Assembly: GCA_027886825.1 (NCBI GenBank)
Contig: JAPCJS010000002.1
Location: forward strand, 355-64,354
Direction of reading: 5' to 3'
DNA length: 64,000 bases
Origin: Nitrososphaerota archaeon
GTDB taxonomy: Archaea > Thermoproteota > Nitrososphaeria > Nitrososphaerales > Gagatemarchaeaceae
Part shown: positions 18,085 to 27,041 of the stretch, one piece after another
Layout: every line of letters begins with the position of its first letter
How positions within the stretch are numbered: position 1 is the stretch's first letter
Notes under the pieces: model-generated
The model's input: only the letters and a program-made list of their open reading frames with translations
Databases searched by the model: none
What the model was told of the DNA's origin: nothing
Position numbers and translations under genes: made by a program

Positions 18085-18378
18085 TCATCTTGGTCTGATA
18101 GTGTTCATACAGTCCTTCAGGCTGCTTCCGGGGACAGGTTCGATGCCCGCTTCCCGATAGAGCGCATCTATCACTTCCCTCAGCATCAGCTCTGCCCCCG
18201 AGCCGAGGACGGCTTGCAGCATCCTGGTGTACTCCGTCGGGTTCTCGAGGGCGACATGAGGGTCGGCGAAGAAGTCCATCCCCGCCAGAGAGACTTCGCC
18301 GAGGCTGCGTGCCATGGATGTGTGCATCGCCTGCAGGATCTGATCGTTCGACAGCTTGGTGCTGGGCATCCCGATCAC
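18085..18378 (-). CDS. small soluble protein, uncharacterised (third gene of a three-gene operon)
   Basis: 4-nt overlap with the upstream gene. Host-like G/C-ending codon usage. Confidence 0.5.
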   Translation of the reverse strand: MIGMPSTKLSNDQILQAMHTSMARSLGEVSLAGMDFFADPHVALENPTEYTRMLQAVLGSGAELMLREVIDALYREAGIEPVPGSSLKDCMNTIRPR

Positions 18379-18677
18379 TTCCTCTTCAGGAACCCTAGTA
18401 CCCTGAAAGCGACGAATCCCGCCAGGATGACCATGGAGACGCTATGCAGGGCCAGCCCGGCCGCCTCGAAGGACGAGACGTTGATCAGACCCAGGGTCGA
18501 GAAGATGTGCGGGCTCTCGGCGGCGAAGAGGACGACCGCGAAGACGAACATCTCGACCTGAAAGCTCCTGAGCACCCTGATCCTTCTTGCGGCGAGCGCG
18601 AGCACGATGAAGGACGCGGTGATGAGCAGCAGCGAGGCGATCCCTCCTGCATCCGTGAGTGTCCCGAGGTCGAACAC
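18375..18677 (-). CDS. three-TM miniprotein, uncharacterised
   Basis: Three hydrophobic helices. Same architecture as the adjacent 95-aa ORF. Confidence 0.55.
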   Translation of the reverse strand: MFDLGTLTDAGGIASLLLITASFIVLALAARRIRVLRSFQVEMFVFAVVLFAAESPHIFSTLGLINVSSFEAAGLALHSVSMVILAGFVAFRVLGFLKRK

Positions 18678-18679
18678 GA

Positions 18680-18967
18680 CTAGATCGCTCCCAGCCGGTA
18701 CAGCATGACGGCGAAGAACAGAAACACGGCAAAGCTCAGCGGCTCGATGAGTCCGTCCGAGAGGAAGCCAAAGACGGCCCCTCCGTATGTCTCGCTGACG
18801 ACCGCAGAGAGATGGGAGATGCTGTGGATGACAAGAAAGGACGCGAGAAAGATCGAGAGGAGCCTCAGCTTCGGCAGGGTGATCTTGCTGGCGACGTAGA
18901 CCGTCGGGACCGCTATCACAAGGATTATCACTCCATCAAATACATTGAGTTCTGTAATGACATCCAT
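18680..18967 (-). CDS. three-TM miniprotein, uncharacterised
   Basis: Three hydrophobic helices with a His-containing segment after TM2. Lies 2 nt upstream of its look-alike neighbour. Confidence 0.55.
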   Translation of the reverse strand: MDVITELNVFDGVIILVIAVPTVYVASKITLPKLRLLSIFLASFLVIHSISHLSAVVSETYGGAVFGFLSDGLIEPLSFAVFLFFAVMLYRLGAI

Positions 18968-19097
18968 GCTGTCGCTATCACCTTAGAGTTTCCATGGATT
19001 ATCATGCCTATATGTAGTTTGAGTTCTGACAATAGGTCAGAGCTCCGTGGCCGCGCAGGGGAGTCAGGCTTAAAGCACCGCTGCTGGGTCTCGCCCG

Positions 19098-19682
19098 GTG
19101 ATGGCAAGTCTCGGTGTCGAGTCCGACAGCGGAAGGCAGTTCTCCGGCGGCGACGAGCTGATAGGCGTCATCTCGTCCTGGGACCTGAGCAGGACAGGCG
19201 AGACAGGGTACGCGCTCGTGGTCACCAGGGGCAGGGTGATCGGAGCCAGAAGAGCCGAGGCGGATGTCGAGTTCATCGTCTATCTCGGCCCAGGGAGCAC
19301 GGCGACGGCGAGCGACCGCGAGAGGGCGGTCGCGGCTGCGGCGCGCCTCCTCGAGACCAGGCAGTTCGTCCTTGCGAAGGACGACATCGCGCAGATCCTT
19401 TTCAGACGGCCCGGCCTCTTCTCTGGCGGATACGCTGTCTTCAAGACCAGGCTCCAGGCATACAAGGTCGAGATCGCTGTGGTCTCCGGCTGGAACGGGG
19501 GCCCGCTCCTAGCGTCAAGGACCCTGATGGAATCACTGAGGACGTTCTCGCCGGATAGGCTGTACGACGGAAAGACGGGCGCCATCTACATCGAGGAGCT
19601 CCTCAGGAGGGATCAGGCCGGCTCCGACGGATTGATGGGAGATAGCCTGCTGCTGCTTGACCGCAACAATCCGACAAAGTAG
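19098..19682 (+). CDS. hypothetical protein
   Basis: Host-like codon usage. Divergent from the miniprotein operon. No recognisable motif. Confidence 0.5.
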   Translation: MMASLGVESDSGRQFSGGDELIGVISSWDLSRTGETGYALVVTRGRVIGARRAEADVEFIVYLGPGSTATASDRERAVAAAARLLETRQFVLAKDDIAQILFRRPGLFSGGYAVFKTRLQAYKVEIAVVSGWNGGPLLASRTLMESLRTFSPDRLYDGKTGAIYIEELLRRDQAGSDGLMGDSLLLLDRNNPTK

Positions 19683-19720
19683 ATTTTAACCGACTCCCAG
19701 GCGGTGGGGATCATCCAACG

Positions 19721-20632
19721 GTGTCGAAGATAGTAGACCTGAATCCGCCGCGTTCCCAGTCGAGGGCCAGGGCGTATGTCATCCTCTTTTCACTTAGCGT
19801 CATCTGGGGCCTCGCGTTCGTCGCCATAAGGGCCGCCGGCTATGAGCTCTCGCCGCCGTCTCTCTCGCTGGTGAGATGGCTGATCGCGAGCGCGGTCTTC
19901 GCGGCGCTTCTTCCGTTCGCGAGGTCGAGGATGAGATTCGAGAGGAGGGACGTCCCGCGCCTGGTGGTGGTCGGGCTGATGAACGTTGTGCTCTATGGTC
20001 TGACCCTGAACTACGCCGAGACCACGATCTCCGCGGGGCTGGCGGGCCTCCTAGTCTCTCTGGGCCCCGTCTTCATGGTCGTCTTCTCTGTCCTGACCCT
20101 GAAAGAGGCGGTGGGCAGGAGGCTGATCTATGCTCTCCTCCTCGCAGTTCTCGGGTCGGTCCTCCTCTCCGTGAGCGAGCTCAACGTCAGAGGGGACTCG
20201 GTGACGGGCTCGCTGGAAGCGATATTTGCTGCTCTCATGTACGCCGGCTTCACGATCCTCGCAAAGCCCCTGATCGAGAAGTACGGGGCCCTGCCTGTCA
20301 CGATCTGGTCCTCCATCGCCGGGACCGTCTTTCTTCTGCCGTTCCTGTCGGCCGAGTTCTTCCGGCAGGTCACCGCGCTCTCCTACCAGGGCTGGTTCTC
20401 GGTCCTCTACCTCTCTGTCTTCAGCACCGTGGTAGGCTACTCCCTGTTCTACACCCTCGTCGGTAAGGGGGCGGTCTCGACGCTCTCCGTCCAGCTCTAC
20501 CTCGTGCCCATAGTGGGCGTGGTCGGAGGGATCCTGATACTCCAGGAACAGCTCACGATCTTTACGATACTGGGCGGCGCCGCGACGCTCGCCGCGGTGG
20601 GGCTCGCACGGACGACGGCGAAGAGGCGGTAG
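19721..20632 (+). CDS. EamA/DMT-family transporter
   Basis: About ten TM helices in two EamA-like halves. GTG start. Confidence 0.85.
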   Translation: MSKIVDLNPPRSQSRARAYVILFSLSVIWGLAFVAIRAAGYELSPPSLSLVRWLIASAVFAALLPFARSRMRFERRDVPRLVVVGLMNVVLYGLTLNYAETTISAGLAGLLVSLGPVFMVVFSVLTLKEAVGRRLIYALLLAVLGSVLLSVSELNVRGDSVTGSLEAIFAALMYAGFTILAKPLIEKYGALPVTIWSSIAGTVFLLPFLSAEFFRQVTALSYQGWFSVLYLSVFSTVVGYSLFYTLVGKGAVSTLSVQLYLVPIVGVVGGILILQEQLTIFTILGGAATLAAVGLARTTAKRR

Positions 20633-20674
20633 GTAGGTAGATATCGGACGCCTGGCGGAGGCCGATCAGGGCGA

Positions 20675-22288
20675 TCATCGCCTGTCGCGGTAGACCTTGA
20701 TCCAGACGAGCGCGCTCGCCGCCGCGCCGAGGGCGGCGGTCGCTAGCAGCACGTAGAGGTACCCCTGGCTCGACTGGGTCACAAAGTCGAACCTGAGGAC
20801 CGAGGCCCTGCCTGTCTGGGAGATCAGCGCCGAGACCTGTGTGGCGTTCCCAAGCGCGGCCTTGACGGTGTAGTTCCCCTCGGGGAGATAGAAGACTGAG
20901 GCGCTCCCGGCTCTGCTGACCGCGTGCGCTATGGTCCCGCCATCGCCGAGGATGGTGATGGACGCCCCGGAGACGGGGGCGCCGTCGAGGTAGGCCGAGA
21001 CGCTCAGTTTGCTGGAGTTTACCTGCACCTGGGTCAGAGAGAAGGGCCGTTCTATGAGGACGGTCTGCGGCGACAGGCCACCGAGCCCTGAGATCCCGAC
21101 CTGGACCGGATAGCTCGTGGCCACGAGATAGAGAGCCCCTCCCCCGGACGCGGCCTCGTCAACGCCCGGGCCAGGGGTGAAGGTGAGGCGAGAGTCGGTC
21201 AGGGCGGTCCCCCACGGGGTTGCGACCACGCTTAGGACCGCAGGCATGAGACCGAGGGACGTCTCGGAGACCATCTCCACCCCCTCTGACTCGTACATGG
21301 TATAGACGGCCGTGGGCCATCTGGTGCTGGCCTCGGCGGCGAGCGAGGCCGAGAGGGAGAATGTCGTAGACCCTACCCGTGCGGTCGCGCTGCATCCCGG
21401 CAGGGATATCCACGTGTCGTTGTCGGGTGCAAGGACCCGTGCCTCTGCGACCGAGATCCCCGTCGGAGTGTCGAAGAAGGCGCGCAGTGTGAACCTCCCG
21501 TCGCGCACCTGGGCGTAGTCGACGAAGGTGGCATTGGCCGCGGTCTCGCCCGATGCCATCGTTATCGTCCCCGTCGCAGCGACCCTGACGTCCCGGGATG
21601 CGACCGTCGACGGCCCGCCCAGCGAGTAGGAGTAGTTCTGGTGCAGCTCCACCCAGAACTCGAAGGGAGCGAGTATCTGGCCCCCGGTCGAGATCTCGAG
21701 CTGGCTCCCGTTCCTCCCGAGGAGGAGCGCGCCCGTACCGACACTCCCGGGGATCGGGATGGAGGCGGTCTCCGGAGGGACGACGCCCACGGCGCAGGCC
21801 TGTATGTCGTACTGCGCGACCGCCGGAACGCTGAAGTTCATCTGGAGCTGCCCGCTTCCGGAGAGCGCGTATCCGGTGAGGCTCGCCGGAGCCAGGTCGT
21901 CCTGCGTGAACGCGAAGGAGATCGTATTTTCGGGGAGGGTCTCGGACGAGCCGAGGACTGTCACCGACCAGGACCCCGCAGCGTCTGAACTCGAGAACGA
22001 ATAGACGAGGACCGGGTCCATCGGGGAGAGGTTCACGCCGGCGACCACCGTCCCACCGGGCGTCGCGACGTTGACCGCCATCGAGATCGGGGACATCAGC
22101 CAGAGCTGATCCCCCGTCGTGTATACCGGGACCCCCTGGCCTACCGGACTCAGTGTGCTCGGGCTGAAGCCCATGGAGAGGGGATACTGGGGCGCAAGGC
22201 CGGCCGCCCCGGCCGCCCCCGGTTGGAACGGGACGGCGGCCGCGGCGAGGGAGAGCAGAAGAAGAAGAAGGAGGAGGCTAGTCCGCAT
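20675..22288 (-). CDS. large secreted protein with C-terminal TM anchor (last gene of the MoxR operon)
   Basis: Signal peptide MRTSLLLLLLLLSLAAAAVP. Beta-rich body with a CarboxypepD_reg-like segment (ASITILGDGG...YLPEGNYTVKA). C-terminal TM plus YRDRR. Confidence 0.65.
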   Translation of the reverse strand: MRTSLLLLLLLLSLAAAAVPFQPGAAGAAGLAPQYPLSMGFSPSTLSPVGQGVPVYTTGDQLWLMSPISMAVNVATPGGTVVAGVNLSPMDPVLVYSFSSSDAAGSWSVTVLGSSETLPENTISFAFTQDDLAPASLTGYALSGSGQLQMNFSVPAVAQYDIQACAVGVVPPETASIPIPGSVGTGALLLGRNGSQLEISTGGQILAPFEFWVELHQNYSYSLGGPSTVASRDVRVAATGTITMASGETAANATFVDYAQVRDGRFTLRAFFDTPTGISVAEARVLAPDNDTWISLPGCSATARVGSTTFSLSASLAAEASTRWPTAVYTMYESEGVEMVSETSLGLMPAVLSVVATPWGTALTDSRLTFTPGPGVDEAASGGGALYLVATSYPVQVGISGLGGLSPQTVLIERPFSLTQVQVNSSKLSVSAYLDGAPVSGASITILGDGGTIAHAVSRAGSASVFYLPEGNYTVKAALGNATQVSALISQTGRASVLRFDFVTQSSQGYLYVLLATAALGAAASALVWIKVYRDRR

Positions 22289-23051
22289 GGGTCCCCAACC
22301 ACAGTATTGCGACGAGCGCGAACGAAGGTACACCAAAGATCAGGAAGGTGTCCATGGTCACCCGGGTGGCCGTGAGCCCCCATATGACAGCAGATGCGGT
22401 TCCGAGGACAGGGAAGACGAGGAGCAGGTCACGCCCCTTCGGGGCGTCCCTGCCGCCCATCGTGGCGTAGACGACCAGGCCGAGGTAGAGCAGGATCCCC
22501 GCTGATGAGACCCCGGGCGCGGCGACCGCGCCGTGCGTTAGGACTGCGATCACGAGCGTTGTCATCCCGGCCAGTCCCACGCCTGTGGCGCTCTGCGTCG
22601 TGGCAGAGAGCACGAAGGCGAGGATCGCGAAGACGCTGGTCGCGGACGGGATCAGGATCGCGAGCGGGGCGTCTCCCCTGATCATCGCGCCCACCTTGTA
22701 GATGCCGAACGCGGGGAAGACGAGGAGGAACGCAGAGCCCCAGACCATCAGCACGTCTCCCGCCAGAGGCAGGAACGTCCTGTCGCCTAGGATAAACGCG
22801 ACGAGAAGGAGTGGGATCACGAGGATCTCGGCGGCGAAGATGTCGATCGCTACGATCCCATTCCTCCGAAGACGCTTGACGGAGAGCAGGACGACCAGCC
22901 TGATCACCTGGCTGCCGAGAAGGGCGAGCTCGAAGCTGTCCGCGGGTAGGAAGACCGGGTTCTCGAACAGCCAGAGGAGAACCGCGCCGTAGAGGGATAT
23001 CAGCGAGAGCATGACGATCGCGACGACGGTCCAGGTGATGCGCGTGCTCAT
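22278..23051 (-). CDS. polytopic membrane protein (MoxR operon)
   Basis: About eight TM helices. 4-nt overlap with the DUF58 gene and 11-nt overlap with the downstream gene. Confidence 0.6.
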   Translation of the reverse strand: MSTRITWTVVAIVMLSLISLYGAVLLWLFENPVFLPADSFELALLGSQVIRLVVLLSVKRLRRNGIVAIDIFAAEILVIPLLLVAFILGDRTFLPLAGDVLMVWGSAFLLVFPAFGIYKVGAMIRGDAPLAILIPSATSVFAILAFVLSATTQSATGVGLAGMTTLVIAVLTHGAVAAPGVSSAGILLYLGLVVYATMGGRDAPKGRDLLLVFPVLGTASAVIWGLTATRVTMDTFLIFGVPSFALVAILWLGTHAD

Positions 23052-24130
23052 CCTGCGATCACCGCCGAGGTGACGGGCGTCAGGTCCTCGAGTCCCGTGA
23101 AGACCGAGGCACCCCGGGGAAGGTACGGAGGCGGGAGGCCGTCCGTGATGACGAGCATGTAGCGGAACCGCGGGAGCGCTGCCAGACCGGTTATCCCTGA
23201 CTCTTCCGGGCCCGTGATCAGGAGGTCGAAGGAGCCGGCGGCGGCCGACGGCATCGGAAGATCCAGATCGTCGCCTGTCCAGGCCAGAGAGGCAGCGTCG
23301 GCGAGCTCGCCGAGGTCAGAGGCCAGGACCCTCCTGGCGCCATCCGGCGACGGGGAGGTTATCTCCAGGGTCGTGCCTATGAGGAAGAGCTGCACCCCTA
23401 TCTGCGCTATCGCCTCCGCGATCATGTCGCCCCTCCTCGCCCTTTCGTCCTCGGAGCGAGACCCGACCTTGATCCCGATCGAGACGACCTTCCTCACGTT
23501 GGCCTCGCGTACCCGGATCGGTATGGTCTCGTCGGTCATCCCCGCAGCCCTCTTCCACATTATGTCCCGCGGATCGAGCCCCGGCTGGTACTCGCTCACC
23601 GCATAGAGCTCCTGTCCGGACCCGCTCCGTCCAGCGGGGTTCTCGCCGAAGCTGAGCGGAGAGATCACCAGAGGGAGCGGGGGCCTCTTGAGCGCCAGTG
23701 GCAGCGACTCGAGGACGAACTTGAAGGTCACGGTGCGCTGCTTCGTGAAGAGCCCGAGCAGGTCGCCCGCCCTGAGGGTAACCCTGAGACCTTCCGACCT
23801 TCCTGCGAAGCTAGGCCTGAGCACCAGCTCCGAGCTCCCGGACCCGATCTCGTTGATCCCTCCCTCGAGCCCGGGTCGGCCCTCGAACGTCACCGAGGTC
23901 AGCGCCAACCACCTCAGACCGCCAGCCCGGACCTGGAGGGGGACCGCGCTGGTCTCGTTCTTGAAGACCCTGAGCCGCTCCGCCTTCATCGAGACGTCGG
24001 TCCTCCGGAACTGGAACCAGAAGAGGACGAAGGTCGTCGCCGCCACGATGGCGAGCGAGAGGCCGAGCGCCGCGGCGATGGGAGGCCCCGTAAAACCGAG
24101 GATCAGGCTGGTCAGGGCGGCCGCCTTCAG
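23048..24130 (-). CDS. DUF58 (vWA-fold) protein, MoxR partner
   Basis: YAVSEYQPGLDPRDIMWKRAAG DUF58 signature, with two N-terminal TM helices. The track ORF runs up to 24343, which would overlap MoxR by 187 nt. The end shown assumes the CTG at 24130. The next canonical start is GTG at 24046, inside TM2. Confidence 0.75.
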   Translation of the reverse strand: MKAAALTSLILGFTGPPIAAALGLSLAIVAATTFVLFWFQFRRTDVSMKAERLRVFKNETSAVPLQVRAGGLRWLALTSVTFEGRPGLEGGINEIGSGSSELVLRPSFAGRSEGLRVTLRAGDLLGLFTKQRTVTFKFVLESLPLALKRPPLPLVISPLSFGENPAGRSGSGQELYAVSEYQPGLDPRDIMWKRAAGMTDETIPIRVREANVRKVVSIGIKVGSRSEDERARRGDMIAEAIAQIGVQLFLIGTTLEITSPSPDGARRVLASDLGELADAASLAWTGDDLDLPMPSAAAGSFDLLITGPEESGITGLAALPRFRYMLVITDGLPPPYLPRGASVFTGLEDLTPVTSAVIAG

Positions 24131-24156
24131 GTAGTCCCTCCCCCGTCGTGTGAGGC

Positions 24157-25092
24157 CTACCGTGGCGGTTCCACCCCGTCTACTATCTCCCGGATCACCG
24201 ACGCGACCGTGACCCCTTCCCCGCTGACCTCGACCGACTGCCGCAGCCTCATCCGGTGGGAGAGCGACTCGACGGAGAGCTCCTTGATGTCGTCCGGTGT
24301 CACGTAACCGCGCCCGGCGAGGTAGGCCCTGGCCTTGGCGCATCTGGCGAGCTGCCCGATCGCCCGGGGGCTCGCGCCAAGGCCGACCCTTGCGTCAGTC
24401 CTCGTCGCGAGGGCGAGGGTCGCGAGGTACCGGACGACCTCGTCCGAGACCTTCACCGCTCCGACCTCCTCGAGGCATCTGGCCAGCTCCGACCTCGACA
24501 GGACGCCGTGGATCTCGACCTCCGCCCCCGAGATGTTACGCCTGATCACCTCCGCCTCGTTCTCGAGGGAGGGGTATCCGAGGGTGACCTTGAGCATGAA
24601 CCTGTCGAGCTGCCCCTCCGGGAGGGGATAGACGCCCTGGAACTCGATCGGGTTCTGCGTCGCGATCACCATGTGCGGAGACGGGAGCAACTCGGTGTGG
24701 CCCTCGATCGTAACCTGCTGCTCCTGCATCGCCTCCAGGAGCGCGCTCTGTACCTTGGGTGGCGCCCTGTTGATCTCGTCGGCCAGGAGGATGTTGGTGA
24801 ATATGGCTCCCTTTCTGAACTCGAACTCCCTGTCCTTCATGTTGAAGATGAAGCCCCCCACTCTGTCCAGAGGAAGTATGTCCGGGGTGAACTGGACGCG
24901 GCGGAAGTCCAGCTCCAGGCACCTGGAGAAGGACTTTGTCAGCAGGGTCTTGGAGACGCCTGGCACGCCTTCGAGGAGGACGTGCCCCCTCGCAAGAAGC
25001 GCGGCGAGGAGCAGCTCTGTCTCCCTTTCCTTGTTCACGATGATCTTTCCGACCTCGCGGACCACCCTCTCCCTCAGACCCGCGCCCATCAT
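24157..25092 (-). CDS. MoxR-like AAA+ ATPase
   Basis: Walker A GVPGVSKT, Walker B LLADEINR, and ATQNPIEFQGVYPLPEGQLDRF. Confidence 0.92.
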   Translation of the reverse strand: MMGAGLRERVVREVGKIIVNKERETELLLAALLARGHVLLEGVPGVSKTLLTKSFSRCLELDFRRVQFTPDILPLDRVGGFIFNMKDREFEFRKGAIFTNILLADEINRAPPKVQSALLEAMQEQQVTIEGHTELLPSPHMVIATQNPIEFQGVYPLPEGQLDRFMLKVTLGYPSLENEAEVIRRNISGAEVEIHGVLSRSELARCLEEVGAVKVSDEVVRYLATLALATRTDARVGLGASPRAIGQLARCAKARAYLAGRGYVTPDDIKELSVESLSHRMRLRQSVEVSGEGVTVASVIREIVDGVEPPR

Positions 25093-25439
25093 CCCCGCCT
25101 CCAGAGAGCCCTCACGAGCCTCATGATCTCCGGCTGCGGAAGGCTTGGAGCCCCTTCCTCCCCGAACCTGTACGCCTCATAGTCCGCGACGGTACGGTCG
25201 ATCTCGTCCCAGCTCAGGTCGAGACCCGCGAGCCTCGCCCTCGAGAGCCCCTCTCTAAGCGTGAACCCTTGCGGCAGATCGGGGAACGCCCTCTTCAACC
25301 CGACCTCGAGGAGACGGAACGCCCCCGGTGCATCGGCAGGCTTTGGCGTCCTCTGCCTGCCCCACTGAACCACCGCCGCGGCGAGCGAGAGATAGACAGC
25401 CGCGTTCAGGACGACGGCGCCGATCGTCTCAGCGTCCAT
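25089..25439 (-). CDS. small membrane protein, DUF4129-like
   Basis: N-terminal TM and a C-terminal ADYEAYRFGE segment resembling the DUF4129 motif that accompanies MoxR/DUF58 genes. Confidence 0.5.
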   Translation of the reverse strand: MDAETIGAVVLNAAVYLSLAAAVVQWGRQRTPKPADAPGAFRLLEVGLKRAFPDLPQGFTLREGLSRARLAGLDLSWDEIDRTVADYEAYRFGEEGAPSLPQPEIMRLVRALWRRG

Positions 25440-26208
25440 GGAAGGTTATCCCCGTCGAGGCGGTATAGGTCACGACCGCGAAGACCGTCAGGCCTCCCTG
25501 CAGCGGGAGGAACGTCCCCGGATGCATGGTGAGCCAGAGGAGGCCCGAGCTCCCCGACCCCCGAACCTGTGAAGCGACGATCGTCACGGGGACCTGTCCG
25601 GATCTGTCCGGTCCGGCGAGGAGCGCTTCGCCCTGCGGGGGGGAGAGATAGAGGAGGAAGACGCTGCTGTTCGCTATCCGCGACGACGCGTCGACGGCCA
25701 GGACTATGCTCTGCCATGGTGCCACGTATCCCGAAGAGTCCACGTCGGAGAGGTCTGCGAAGAGGACCTGATTCGAGATCATGCGGACCGCGACGTCGGC
25801 CTCGGTGGTCGCGTTAGAATAGACCCTGACGTCCGCGGCCGAGCTGAAGAAGGGCGAGGACACGGTCAGCGTGTAGTTCCCAACGTCGATCTGTGCCTGC
25901 GCCTCGCCGCTCGAGTTTGTCTCGAGGAGAAGCGGGAGGAACCCCTTTGCGTCCAGGACTATCTTTACGGTCGCGTTCGCGACAGGGGAGACGCCCAGCA
26001 CACCTTCGTAGAGAGAGGCTTTCACGAGGATGGCGCCCGTCTCTATCGTCTCCGTGTGCGTGGACGCCACCAGGGACGCTATGTGCGGGAGGCCCTGTTC
26101 AAGCTGGTAGAGCGGCGCGGAGAGCCCGGCGTTCACGCTGCCGAGGAGAAGAGCCAGGACTCCGAGGCAGACAATGAGTGCGGCGGTCCGCGCGTTCGTC
26201 CGTTTCAA
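25429..26208 (-). CDS. secreted or N-terminally anchored beta-rich protein (first gene of the MoxR operon)
   Basis: Signal/anchor MKRTNARTAALIVCLGVLALLLGSVNAG. No recognisable family. Confidence 0.55.
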   Translation of the reverse strand: MKRTNARTAALIVCLGVLALLLGSVNAGLSAPLYQLEQGLPHIASLVASTHTETIETGAILVKASLYEGVLGVSPVANATVKIVLDAKGFLPLLLETNSSGEAQAQIDVGNYTLTVSSPFFSSAADVRVYSNATTEADVAVRMISNQVLFADLSDVDSSGYVAPWQSIVLAVDASSRIANSSVFLLYLSPPQGEALLAGPDRSGQVPVTIVASQVRGSGSSGLLWLTMHPGTFLPLQGGLTVFAVVTYTASTGITFHGR

Positions 26209-26349
26209 ATTGTTGCGAGATTTCGCCGATATCCGAGTTCTAAAGTCTTTTCAGCTTATTCGCGATTCAGAAAAACGGCTCGATCCTAGGGGCGGGTGCC
26301 GGGGCCGCCCTTCGGGACAGTTCAAATAACGTCTCGGCCACCTCGTGCC

Positions 26350-26847
26350 ATGAAGAAGAGTCTGCCCCGCACCGAACCCTCGCCGGCCTCGGGGCTTGAA
26401 GGCATACGGAGAGCGATGGCCCAGGGGTGGAGGCCTCCGGTCGCGGACCTTGTCGGTTTCCGGCTTACCGAGATCAAGAAGGGGAGGGCCAAGGTCGAGC
26501 TCGAAGCGGGGCAAAGGCACGAGAACCCGATGGGCACGACCCACGGAGGGATCATCTGCGACATCGCAGACGCGGCGATGGGGATGTCGTATGCGAGTCT
26601 TCTCCTCCCGGACGAGTCGTTCACCACGGTCGAGCTGAAGGTCAATTTTCTCCGCCCGTTCTGGAGGGGCCGCCTCATCGCGAGCGGGAAGGTGATCAAG
26701 AAGGGGCGGCTGATGGGGCTCGTGGAGTGTCGGGTGACGGACGAGAGGCTGAGGCTCGTGGCCTACGCCACGAGCACCTGCCTGGCCCTTCAGGGGGTGC
26801 AGGGACAGGGACTGGTCAGGCCGAAGCGCGATGCTTCGCCCGGGTGA
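26350..26847 (+). CDS. PaaI-family hotdog-fold thioesterase
   Basis: NPMGTTHGGIICDIADAAMG and TVELKVNFLRP blocks. ATG at 26350 is preferred over the upstream alternative start. Confidence 0.85.
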   Translation: MKKSLPRTEPSPASGLEGIRRAMAQGWRPPVADLVGFRLTEIKKGRAKVELEAGQRHENPMGTTHGGIICDIADAAMGMSYASLLLPDESFTTVELKVNFLRPFWRGRLIASGKVIKKGRLMGLVECRVTDERLRLVAYATSTCLALQGVQGQGLVRPKRDASPG

Positions 26848-27012
26848 GGACTGTGGATCTGGATCGATCGCGGTGCAAAAAAGATATGCGGAGCTGGATG
26901 CGGACTTTCCTGAAGCACGCCCTGGAGGAGCCCTGACACAGTAAGGGGCCGGGCGCCGACATGGGGGGGTGCACGCGTGCATGCACGCATGTCCCAAATA
27001 ATTGCTAGAGCC

Positions 27013-27020
27013 TTTTATCT
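27013..27020 (+). promoter_or_regulatory. TATA-like box upstream of cdc48
   Basis: TTTTATCT is centred about 26 nt upstream of the ATG at 27042. This implies a leaderless or very short-leader mRNA. Confidence 0.35.
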
Positions 27021-27041
27021 TGCTTCCAATTCTCACCGGTT

